DNA of 64,000 nucleotides, from the NCBI GenBank assembly GCA_041737965.1, contig JBGSQT010000014.1, forward strand, positions 5,509 through 69,508, read 5' to 3'. This stretch comes from Spirochaetota bacterium (GTDB lineage: Bacteria; Spirochaetota; UBA4802; UBA5550). The position numbers were made by a program, and so were the translations under genes. The notes under the pieces were generated by a model. The model was not told the DNA's origin, made no database searches, and saw only the letters and a program-made list of their open reading frames with translations. Every line of letters starts with the position of its first letter. Position 1 is the stretch's first letter. Positions 1-8,120 of the stretch are shown here, in pieces.

Positions 1-1778
1 TTCATGAAGTCGGTGGCGTTGTCCGAGCCGCCAAGGTAGAAGGGGTGCCCGAGCACCACGTCGATTCCGGAGGCGACGAAGTAACAGCCGATGGCCACCG
101 CCTTTTCGCTCATCCATTCCGGCGCGATTCCCACCGCCGGTATGTCCGAGAGATCGTCTCCGAGGCCGCCTTCCATCACCACTTCCGTCGCCGCCTCGAG
201 AATTCTCGAATTGTCCACGCAGCTTCCCATGTGGAGCACGGGGGGCATCCCCACCGCCTCGCACACCTCCCTGAGGCCGGAACCGGCGGACTCAAGCGCC
301 GTCTCCGGCGTGAGCATCCCCTCCTTGGCGGAGGCGATGGCGGCGCACCCCGTTTCGAGCACCAGCACGTTCCGGCGCAGGAGCTCTTTCGTGAGCGTTA
401 CCGTAAATTCGTCCACCGCCTGTTTCGGATTGCTGCACCCGACTATCCCGGCGACGCCGCGGATCCTTCCCTGTATGATGGCGTCGTTCAGCGGGCGGAA
501 GGAGGCGCGAAAGCTCCCGCCGAGCATGTACCGTATCGCCTCGACGCCGAACCCGGCGATCAGCTGTTTCGACTCTTTCGGGATATACAGCTTCTCCGGG
601 TCCCGTTTCGGGAAGTTGTCGATGGCCTGCATGAGCAGTCCCTTCGCGTGGGCGTATGAGTCCTTTGCCGTGAACCCCTCGTGCCGGGCGCCGGGGGTCA
701 TGGCGATGTCGCTTGTGGAGGCCACGATCGTGTGGTACGAGGACGCCACTTCCGGCAGGCTCGGCATGCAGCACTGCACGTCCACGATCATCATCTCCAC
801 CGCGCCGGTGACCACGGCAAGCTCCTGCTGGAGGAAATTTCCCGCCACCGGTATGCCGTGGCGCATGAGGATCTCGTTGGCGGTGCAGCAGATGCCGGCC
901 AGGGTGACGCCCTTTGCGCCGCGTTCTTTCGCCCGGGCCAGAACCTCCGGGTCCGTGGCCGCGGCGGCGAGCATTTCCGAGAGGGCCGGCTCGTGCCCGT
1001 GAACCACCACGTTCACCGTCTCCTCTTTGAGCACGCCAAGGTTCACGCCGCTCCGCACCGGGGAGGGCGATCCGAACAGAATGTCCGAGACCGCCGTGGC
1101 GATGGATGAACCGCCCCAGCCGTCGGCAAGCGAGGTGCGGAATGCGTGCATGAGCAGGTTTTTATAATCGTGGTCGACACCCATGTGGGTGCGGTGCATG
1201 GCCTCCACCACCATGCGGTCTATGCCGCGGGGCGACACGCCGGCCCGGTCCCAGAGCCCGCGGCGCTTCAGCGGCGCCAGCGAGAGCGTCTTCAACGGCT
1301 CCTCCTGGGACACGAAATCGGCAAGGAAGGCGTCGGCGAGCTCCAGGGCGATTGAGTTGTCGTCCCTGTCGGCCGCTGCGATGCCGTATTTCAGGGCCGT
1401 GCGCCTGAGGGCGGCGGAATCGCGGATGCCGTAATCGCCCCCCTTTCCCCGGGCGATTTTTTTCAGCAGCAGCACCAGGTGCCTGGCGTGGTCGGAGTGG
1501 GCTGCGGCCCCTCCGGCCGCCTCGCGGAGGAAGTTCCTGGCCGCGATGGTGTCGGCGTCGGCGCCGCAGACCCCCTTCGGGGCCTTCGCCGATATCCGGC
1601 AGGGGCCCATGTGGCAGAGCCTGCAGCAGAGCCCCTGAAGGCCGAAGCCGCATCCCTTCCCCTGCTGGTCGAGCCTGTCGAAGGTGAGCGTCACCCCATC
1701 GCGCCCCGCCTTGGCGATGGTTTCGCGCGACGCGGCGTCCCGCACTTTCGTTTTTTCAGCCGCTTTTTTTTCGGTCAT
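1..1778 (-). CDS. cooS: Anaerobic Ni,Fe carbon monoxide dehydrogenase catalytic subunit CooS (3' end/C-terminus runs off the window)
   Basis: Hand translation of the minus strand from ATG at 1778 gives MTEKKAAEKTKVRDAASRETIAKAGRDGVTLTFDRLDQQGKGCGFGLQGLCCRLCHMGPCRISAKAPKGVCGADADTIAARNF... Further on it reads ...GSCVDNSRILEAA...APEWMSEKAVAIGCYFVASG. The N-terminal Cys cluster pattern is typical of CooS. The frame stays open to base 1, so it is absent from the ORF track (no stop in the window). Its ATG overlaps the cooC stop (ATGA at 1775-1778). Confidence 0.9.
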   Translation of the reverse strand, partial: MTEKKAAEKTKVRDAASRETIAKAGRDGVTLTFDRLDQQGKGCGFGLQGLCCRLCHMGPCRISAKAPKGVCGADADTIAARNFLREAAGGAAAHSDHARHLVLLLKKIARGKGGDYGIRDSAALRRTALKYGIAAADRDDNSIALELADAFLADFVSQEEPLKTLSLAPLKRRGLWDRAGVSPRGIDRMVVEAMHRTHMGVDHDYKNLLMHAFRTSLADGWGGSSIATAVSDILFGSPSPVRSGVNLGVLKEETVNVVVHGHEPALSEMLAAAATDPEVLARAKERGAKGVTLAGICCTANEILMRHGIPVAGNFLQQELAVVTGAVEMMIVDVQCCMPSLPEVASSYHTIVASTSDIAMTPGARHEGFTAKDSYAHAKGLLMQAIDNFPKRDPEKLYIPKESKQLIAGFGVEAIRYMLGGSFRASFRPLNDAIIQGRIRGVAGIVGCSNPKQAVDEFTVTLTKELLRRNVLVLETGCAAIASAKEGMLTPETALESAGSGLREVCEAVGMPPVLHMGSCVDNSRILEAATEVVMEGGLGDDLSDIPAVGIAPEWMSEKAVAIGCYFVASGIDVVLGHPFYLGGSDNATDFM

Positions 1779-2530
1779 GCGATGTCTCCTCTGTACAGTT
1801 CGTCGACGAGGGCCTCGAGGGTCCTCGCCACCGGGTTGTCCTCCGGCAGAAGCGTGAGCGGTATCCCCCGCTCGCCCGCCCGGAACACCTCTTCGTCCTC
1901 GGGAAGGCGCACCAGGAAATCGGCGTCCGGGAGCCCTTCAGTGCCGGCGGCGCTCCCGTGCCGCAGTCTGTTTATTATGACGGCCAGTCGGCGGAATCGC
2001 ACGTTCATTTCCAGCGCCAGGTCGTGCAGGCGCCGCACCGTCTCCAGTCCCCGAAGCGAGGAGTCGGCGGCGATGATCAGGCAGTCCACGCTCTGCACGA
2101 TCCGGCGGGACAGGTTCTCGAGCCCGGCCTCGTTGTCGATCACGATATAGGGGTAGCTCGCGGCGATGTCCTTCAGTATGTCCCGGAGCAGGTTGTTGGC
2201 GTAGCAGTAGCATCCCGGACCCTCGGGGCGCCCCATGGCGATGAGGTCGAACCCGTCGCTTTCCACAAGGCCCCATGCGACCTTCATCTCCAGCATCTGC
2301 CGTTTCCCCGCAGGGTCAGCCTTCACCGCCTCGTCGCGAAGCTCCTCCCTGGCGGCGCCGAGGGAGCTTTCCGCTTTTACTCCCAGCACCCGGTCCAGGC
2401 AGGAATTGGGGTCAGCGTCCACCGCGAGCACCGGTGACATCCCCTTCCGCACCATGAGGCTTACGATTATTCCGGCGATGGTGGTTTTTCCGGAGCCACC
2501 CTTTCCGGTGATTGCTATGGTGAGTCCCAT
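1775..2530 (-). CDS. cooC: CO dehydrogenase nickel-insertion ATPase CooC
   Basis: 251 aa with P-loop ITGKGGSGKTT at the N-terminus, a MinD/ParA-like fold pattern and the CXC motif GPGCYCYAN characteristic of CooC. It lies directly upstream of cooS and is translationally coupled to it. Confidence 0.85.
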   Translation of the reverse strand: MGLTIAITGKGGSGKTTIAGIIVSLMVRKGMSPVLAVDADPNSCLDRVLGVKAESSLGAAREELRDEAVKADPAGKRQMLEMKVAWGLVESDGFDLIAMGRPEGPGCYCYANNLLRDILKDIAASYPYIVIDNEAGLENLSRRIVQSVDCLIIAADSSLRGLETVRRLHDLALEMNVRFRRLAVIINRLRHGSAAGTEGLPDADFLVRLPEDEEVFRAGERGIPLTLLPEDNPVARTLEALVDELYRGDIA

Positions 2531-2540
2531 GAGGCGGAGG

Positions 2541-3611
2541 CTACCGTCCTTTACGCAGAAGATCGGAGGTTTCCTTCAGGCGGGCGAACACGGTCTTCGC
2601 GTCCTCCCTGTCCATTGAGCCGGTGCCGCAGGACGGGGTGAGCAGGCTCTGCGCCAGGATCATCTCCTTCGGGGCGCCGCATTTTTCCGACAGGTGCGCG
2701 ACCAGTTCGTTAAACCGCGCGGCAAGGCTTTCGGCGGTCTGGGTGCGTATTTCGGGGGATGTGGGGACGATTCCCCAGGCCAGGGCCCCTCCCCGGGACA
2801 GGAAGCTCTTCACCGATTCCGGGTAGAGCGCGATGGTCTCGCCGTAGCCGAAGGCGTCGAAGTTGACGATGTCCACGCCCGCGTCGATGAGGATGCTCCA
2901 GTCGGTATTGCCGCAGCAGTGGACCCCGGCGAGGGCGCCGTCGGCGTGGACCGCCTCCACCGTTTCCGCGATCATCGCTATGATGTCCTCCCGCTTTACC
3001 GAGATGTAGGTGGAGGACCCGAATGCGGAGAGGATCGGCTCGTCGATAAAGCAGATGACCTGCGTGCAGTAGGGGGCGAACTTTTTCACCTGCCACCGGC
3101 ACTTCATGGCCAGCGCCTTCACGATGACGTCCCGGAACTCTTCATTATAATAAATCGCCCGCTTGTCCTGGTCCACCGCGGTGAGGGCGAAGGAACAGGG
3201 CCCGGTGACCTGCACTTTCACGTAGGGAAGGCGATCGCCCCCCTTCTTCAATCTGTCCTCGAGCGCGTAAATCCCCCGGGAAAACCGGTCGCTCACCGCC
3301 ATGGCGGAGCAGTCCCCGGTGCCGTTGTCCGGGTCCATGGCGGCCATGTAGATTTCATAGAAGCCGGCGAAGTCCTCGGAATAGTCGCCGGTGGTGTCGA
3401 AGTGGAGGCGCGCCTTTTCCTCGTCCACCACGGCCCGGGGCATGCCTTCGGAATACTGGATCTCCATCCCCTCCAGGGGCGACCGCAGGGGGAGCTGGGG
3501 CCACACCGGCGCGTCCGGTATGGCGCTGAAAATGACCTGTAGCGCCTCATCCGCGCTTTCGAAGGGGAAGCTCCCGATGGCGGTGGCGAGATAGGGGATT
3601 GCACATTTCAT
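2541..3611 (-). CDS. Zn-dependent methyltransferase of the MetE / MtaA (UROD-like TIM barrel) superfamily, core-MetE-sized
   Basis: 356 aa with candidate Zn-ligand motifs GVHCCGNTDW (H-x-C) and TPSCGTGS, resembling the MetE HxC...C and MtaA HxCG signatures. GGAG lies 8 nt upstream of the ATG at 3611. The gene sits between two cooC genes. Confidence 0.6.
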   Translation of the reverse strand: MKCAIPYLATAIGSFPFESADEALQVIFSAIPDAPVWPQLPLRSPLEGMEIQYSEGMPRAVVDEEKARLHFDTTGDYSEDFAGFYEIYMAAMDPDNGTGDCSAMAVSDRFSRGIYALEDRLKKGGDRLPYVKVQVTGPCSFALTAVDQDKRAIYYNEEFRDVIVKALAMKCRWQVKKFAPYCTQVICFIDEPILSAFGSSTYISVKREDIIAMIAETVEAVHADGALAGVHCCGNTDWSILIDAGVDIVNFDAFGYGETIALYPESVKSFLSRGGALAWGIVPTSPEIRTQTAESLAARFNELVAHLSEKCGAPKEMILAQSLLTPSCGTGSMDREDAKTVFARLKETSDLLRKGR

Positions 3612-3670
3612 GGGTGTACTCCGGATTTGTAATCATTACACAGCCCATCGGCTGTTCGGGTCCCTGTCAA

Positions 3671-4441
3671 TCATTTTTGCAAAAGCGCGGCCATCTCCCC
3701 GAAAAGGGCGGCCGTTGCCGGGTCCAGGCAGTCCATAACAGAGACGCCGTCCCTGTCGCCTGAAAGGAATTCCGGCCTGAAGGGGACCGTCCCCAGCACC
3801 GGAATGTCCGGGAGCGATTCGCGGAGAAAACGCTCCTCCTCGGCGTTTCTTATTTTGTTGGCCACCAGGCGGAGGTCCGAAATCCCGATCTCGGCGGCCA
3901 TTCGGGCGATCCTCCCGACCGTGTCCACGGAGCGCTGTCCCGGCTCGGCCACGGTGATAAGGGCGTCAATACCCATGGCCGTCGCCCTGCCCAGATGCTC
4001 GATTCCGGCCTCCATGTCCAGGATCAGGGTTTCGCCGCCCCGAAGCACCAGGTGGTTCACCAGCGCCTTGAGCAGGGCGCTTTCCGGGCACGCGCACCCG
4101 CCCCCTCCCCGGGAGGAGGCGCCCAGCACCAGGAGCGAGACGCCGTCCTTGTCATAGGCGTACCGCCCGGCGATATCGGCCACCTCCGGATTCAGGCTGA
4201 ACATCCGGCCGTATCCGTCGGTGTTCGCGCCGGTACGCTCCTCGATGAGCTCGCGGTGCCTGGCGATGGTGACGATTTTTTCCTGTTCAGACGAGGTGAT
4301 GCCCATTGCCGAGGCCAGGTTGGCGTCCGGGTCCGCGTCCACGGCCAGCACCCGGTGCCCGCTGCGGGCCAGAGTGAAGGCGAGAGCGGCGGTGACGGTG
4401 GATTTTCCCACACCCCCTTTACCCGACACGGCGATTTTCAT
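3671..4441 (-). CDS. Second CooC/AcsF-type nickel-insertion ATPase paralog
   Basis: P-loop MKIAVSGKGGVGKST and CXC motif GGGGCACPES. I prefer the internal ATG at 4441 (GGAGA upstream) over the track start at 4495, whose 18 extra residues look non-coding. Confidence 0.8.
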   Translation of the reverse strand: MKIAVSGKGGVGKSTVTAALAFTLARSGHRVLAVDADPDANLASAMGITSSEQEKIVTIARHRELIEERTGANTDGYGRMFSLNPEVADIAGRYAYDKDGVSLLVLGASSRGGGGCACPESALLKALVNHLVLRGGETLILDMEAGIEHLGRATAMGIDALITVAEPGQRSVDTVGRIARMAAEIGISDLRLVANKIRNAEEERFLRESLPDIPVLGTVPFRPEFLSGDRDGVSVMDCLDPATAALFGEMAALLQK

Positions 4442-4540
4442 TGTTCTTTCTCCCCGGGGCCGGAACGCGTATTCCGCGGCGGCCGGGGATAGCATGAAAC
4501 CGGGGAGGGTATTGTCAAGAAAACTTTTTGGTTTAATGCC

Positions 4541-4616
4541 GTCCCTCGGCCACTGTCATCCCCTCGGCCACTACCGTCCCGCGGCCATAGTCATCCCCGC
4601 GAAAGCGGGGATCCAC
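4541..4616. repeat. REP-like degenerate tandem units ending in a GC hairpin
   Basis: The units are gtccctcggccac / tgtcatcccctcggccac / taccgtcccgcggccat / agtcatccccgcGAAAgcggggatccac. The last unit forms an 8-bp stem (4593-4600 / 4605-4612) with a GAAA loop. In one frame it reads VIPAKAGIH, a peptide typical of spurious ORFs over this kind of palindromic element. Confidence 0.5.
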
Positions 4617-4654
4617 TTTATGTCTACGACTTTATCTGTACAATGGACGCGGTT

Positions 4655-5656
4655 CTATTTATATGCCACAATGCCTTTGAAAGAGTCTCCAAAGAGATTG
4701 ACGCTGGTCACGCGGGTGAATCCGGAATTCTTTAAATCACGCATGACATCATTCAGGCGCGGAAGCCCATACAGACCCCGTGTCGCTGAGAATATTAAAT
4801 CGTAATAGGATGACGACAGGCTTCCGGTTTTAAAACCCGTTGCCAGGATAAAGCGGCCGTTTTTCTTCAGCATTGAATGGATCGTCCCGAAAAGCCGGGT
4901 TCTTGCGTCGCCGGAAAAGTAATGCATGTTTGAAAAGGATGTCACAAGGTCGAACGTTTTGTCCTTTACGGCTGCAGGATCCAGAATATTCTCCTGCACC
5001 ACCGTAAAATTGCCTTCTATGCCGTTATTCTCAATCTTTTTTCGCGCGATGGCAACGGCCGACGCGTCCATATCTATGGCGACGCCGCCGTTGCCACTGT
5101 GTATGTCGACATAGTATTTCAGGTATTCGCCCGAGCCGCAGCCGAATTCCAGGATTGCGAGCGGGGCCGTTTTTTTTACGGTATGATAGATAAAGCCCTT
5201 GATGAAGGGCTCCAGTATTCGAGATGATTCGGCGATCACCCCGCCGAAGTCTTTCAGGTAATCCCCTTCAGTATTCTTTATGAGATACGCGCCGAGATTG
5301 CGCGCGACATCGGCATGATACAGAACCGTCTCGCGAATGAGCTCTGTCAGGGGGACGTGCGCCGCGAGGGCTTTCGCCATTGATCCCTTCAGCCGGTAAG
5401 TCCCTTTTTTGCACGATATCTCGTCGAGCGCACACCCGAGATCCAGAAGCGGGGCCAGAAGCCGTGTGTTCGCGATATTTGATCCAAGACGGATTTGTTC
5501 GAGGGTCGACGGTTTTTCCAGTATTTTAAACAGCCCGGTCTCGATACCCCCGTGGTAGAATATGAGGCTCCCCTCCAGTTTCATGATGCCGCCCATCTTC
5601 ATCTGGGCGAATACGTTCTTTGAAGTGAAGAGATTTTTGAGTGATTGAAATATCAT
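4655..5656 (-). CDS. Class I SAM-dependent (O-)methyltransferase with N-terminal dimerisation/winged-helix-like region
   Basis: 333 aa with SAM motif I ILEFGCGSGEY and an acidic post-I residue (AIDMD). The overall layout resembles family-2 O-methyltransferases. G+C is visibly lower than in neighbouring genes. Confidence 0.75.
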   Translation of the reverse strand: MIFQSLKNLFTSKNVFAQMKMGGIMKLEGSLIFYHGGIETGLFKILEKPSTLEQIRLGSNIANTRLLAPLLDLGCALDEISCKKGTYRLKGSMAKALAAHVPLTELIRETVLYHADVARNLGAYLIKNTEGDYLKDFGGVIAESSRILEPFIKGFIYHTVKKTAPLAILEFGCGSGEYLKYYVDIHSGNGGVAIDMDASAVAIARKKIENNGIEGNFTVVQENILDPAAVKDKTFDLVTSFSNMHYFSGDARTRLFGTIHSMLKKNGRFILATGFKTGSLSSSYYDLIFSATRGLYGLPRLNDVMRDLKNSGFTRVTSVNLFGDSFKGIVAYK

Positions 5657-5766
5657 GGTATATCCTCCATAAATTAGTGAAAAAGACCCTGCGCCGTCTT
5701 TCCCTTTTTCATGAAAGATACGCCATGTGCCGCCGGCTGTCGCCCGGGTTACTGAACTCGTACGTT

Positions 5767-6897
5767 TTATTGCACGGATAAACCCGCCCGGTACTCCCGC
5801 GGCGTTTTTCCGGTGAATTTTTTAAACATTGTGTTGAATGTGGATTTGGAATTGAATCCGGCCTCGTACGCGATGGTTAAAATGCTCCGGTTACGGTTGT
5901 CCGGGTCGACCAGTTTCCGTTTTGCCTCCTCGACGCGGTAACTGTTTACGAAGTTAAAAAAGTTTTGTTCTATGCGGATGTTGAGTATCATGGAAAGGTG
6001 CTGTGTGGACAGGGAGAGGTCATCGGCCATCTCCTGGAGGGTCAGCTCTTCCTGGAGGTACGGTTTTTTTTCAGCCATATATTCCCGCAGATTCCTTACA
6101 TGTTTTTCCTCTTCTGACGCCGGAAGCCTGAATTTCTCATACTTTGGACCCGATGCCGCCTCGTTCCCGGGCACCGCGTTTTCCATCAACCGCACCCGGT
6201 TGAACAGTTCGGGCTGAATCATGGCGAAGAAGGCGATTATAAACTCAATCCCCACGCTGATCAGGATGGTGACGCTATCGAGCAGTTTGTACTCCCGCCT
6301 CACATAACCGTCCCGGAGTAATGACAGGAGGATAAAAAAAACAACCAGGATGAGAAACGCCAGCGCTGTTCTAATCAGGGACAGCTTTATCGCGTCGATG
6401 GCTGAAAAGTATTCCTTTAAGCGGCCGATATATTTCTGAAGGAGCACAAGGGACAGAGCATAGAGCGCCGCTTCAAAAATCAGCCCCCCTCCGTTGATAA
6501 TCATGTCGGCATGCGTCACCGCCGCCGGTACATCGCGCGGGCCGAGGGAAAAATGCAGAATTATGTGTGCGGAAAGGACGGCAGCGAAGGGCGCATACAG
6601 CAGAAGGTGTTTTTTTGAGAAGGACTGTATGCGCGCGGTCAGAAGGGCGATATATAGAAAAATTGAGGGGCCGAAGATGAAAGAATAGGGGATTATACTC
6701 AGCTGGTACGGACGCGTCGGCCCGAGGTGCCCCCGCGCCCCGAGAAAAAGCTCGAACAGGTCGAGGGCCGTGAAACACATGAACAGGGAGAGATGCCGGT
6801 TTGCCTTCCGGTTGTTTTTTTTGACCGCCAAAAGGATTGACAGAAAAAGCGCCTGGAGTGCGCCGGCAAAACAGATTATCCCGAATATTTCCCGCAT
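5767..6897 (-). CDS. Membrane-anchored AraC-family transcriptional regulator
   Basis: The C-terminal AraC HTH reads LTLQEMADDLSLSTQHLSMILN...ILTIAYEAGFNSKSTFNTMFKKFTGKTPREYR. About six hydrophobic segments lie in the N-terminal 230 aa. I prefer the ATG at 6897 (MREIFGIICFAG); the track start at 6984 adds an Arg/Gly-rich tail. Confidence 0.8.
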   Translation of the reverse strand: MREIFGIICFAGALQALFLSILLAVKKNNRKANRHLSLFMCFTALDLFELFLGARGHLGPTRPYQLSIIPYSFIFGPSIFLYIALLTARIQSFSKKHLLLYAPFAAVLSAHIILHFSLGPRDVPAAVTHADMIINGGGLIFEAALYALSLVLLQKYIGRLKEYFSAIDAIKLSLIRTALAFLILVVFFILLSLLRDGYVRREYKLLDSVTILISVGIEFIIAFFAMIQPELFNRVRLMENAVPGNEAASGPKYEKFRLPASEEEKHVRNLREYMAEKKPYLQEELTLQEMADDLSLSTQHLSMILNIRIEQNFFNFVNSYRVEEAKRKLVDPDNRNRSILTIAYEAGFNSKSTFNTMFKKFTGKTPREYRAGLSVQ

Positions 6898-7147
6898 GAT
6901 GCTACAGGTTGTGCGCCGGCGACGCGCGCCTGTCAAGACATATCCGTTTCGGCTGTTGCAGCCGCCCGGGCGAATCCCCCCCATCTTTTATCCGCGTGCA
7001 TCGGCGTCTCCGCGGCATGACATCCGGGCAGTTGCAAAATAGGTTGCATATTTTAACGGCGGAGTATAGGAGTGTGAACAGCGGCGTCAGTTCAGAGCCG
7101 TCCCTGTGCGTGTTTTCTGACATACGGAGGAGACAGAATAATAATCC

Positions 7148-7672
7148 ATGATAGAATTCATCACCGACAGGGACCTGTACGAAACGGTCGTCCTCAGGGA
7201 AATTCCGGCGGCGCGGAAATTTCTCTGGATCGCCACGTCCGACCTGAAGGACATGTACGTGGAAAAGGGGAAAAAGGCGGTCCCCTTTCTGGAAATCCTC
7301 TCAGGGCTTGTGGACCGGAACGTGTCGGTCCGCCTTATCCACGCCAAAGAGCCGGGCGAAAACTTCCGCAAAGACTTTGACCGGTACCCCAACCTGATCA
7401 CCGGGCTGGAGCGGCTCCTCTGTCCCAGGGCGCATTTCAAGGCTGCGGTGGTGGACGGTCGCTTCGCGTACACCGGAAGCGCGAACATCACCGGCGCCGG
7501 CCTGGGAGCCAAGTCTGAAAGGCGCAGGAATTTCGAAAGCGGGATACTCACCGACGATGCGCGGCTCATCGGGAAGATCATGGCGCAGTTCGACGAAATC
7601 TGGATGGGGGCCCACTGCCGAAACTGCCGGCGCAGGGAGTTCTGCGCCGACTACAGGGATATGCTGGTATAA
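7148..7672 (+). CDS. Single-domain phospholipase D-family protein (Nuc-like HKD nuclease/phosphodiesterase)
   Basis: 174 aa with the HKD motif AHFKAAVVDGRFAYTGSANIT (H-x-K-x4-D...GSxN). A C-terminal Cys cluster CRNCRRREFC is present. Confidence 0.75.
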   Translation: MIEFITDRDLYETVVLREIPAARKFLWIATSDLKDMYVEKGKKAVPFLEILSGLVDRNVSVRLIHAKEPGENFRKDFDRYPNLITGLERLLCPRAHFKAAVVDGRFAYTGSANITGAGLGAKSERRRNFESGILTDDARLIGKIMAQFDEIWMGAHCRNCRRREFCADYRDMLV

Positions 7673-7752
7673 AAGCCCCTGTCCGACCTTCGGAGTGACG
7701 GCGACTAAAATCACTTGAAAAAACGACGGCTCCGGTCCAATATGGCAAAAAA

Positions 7753-8070
7753 ATGGAACCCAGGACAATTGAGTGCCTCAGGTGCGGCAAATGCTGCCTC
7801 GCCAATGTTCTCTCCTTTACCACAGACCGCGATATCGAGCGATGGAAACGCCAGGGGCGTAAGGACATCCTTCACGTCATAGAGCATTACCATCCGATTT
7901 GGGCCGGCGATCATCTCATCTCCTCGGAGAGCGGCCGTTACCTTCACGGGTGCCCCTTTCTGATATGGGAAGAGGAGCGGTACACCTGCACCATTTACGA
8001 ATCGCGGCCGCGGGTCTGTGAAGAGTACCTGCCCGGGTCGTCGCAGATATGTCCGCTGCGGCATCGGTGA
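7753..8070 (+). CDS. YkgJ-family Cys-cluster protein (CxxCxxCC zinc/iron-chelating domain)
   Basis: 105 aa with ECLRCGKCC near the N-terminus and further Cys residues (HGCPF, YTCTIY, RVCEEY, ICP). Confidence 0.7.
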   Translation: MEPRTIECLRCGKCCLANVLSFTTDRDIERWKRQGRKDILHVIEHYHPIWAGDHLISSESGRYLHGCPFLIWEEERYTCTIYESRPRVCEEYLPGSSQICPLRHR

Positions 8071-8120
8071 GTTGTGTTGTCCGAATGGGGGAAATGGACG
8101 ACCCGATGCCGGGGCGCCCC

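Noticed and set aside
3671-4495. N-terminally extended versions of several track ORFs. Examples: 4495, 6984, 24901, 25804, 38674, 43161, 45520, 52555, 57059, 61809, 62365.
   Set aside because: The extensions lack an SD, are RG-rich or otherwise non-protein-like, and precede an internal ATG with a good SD. That internal ATG is also where the family-typical N-terminus or signal peptide begins.
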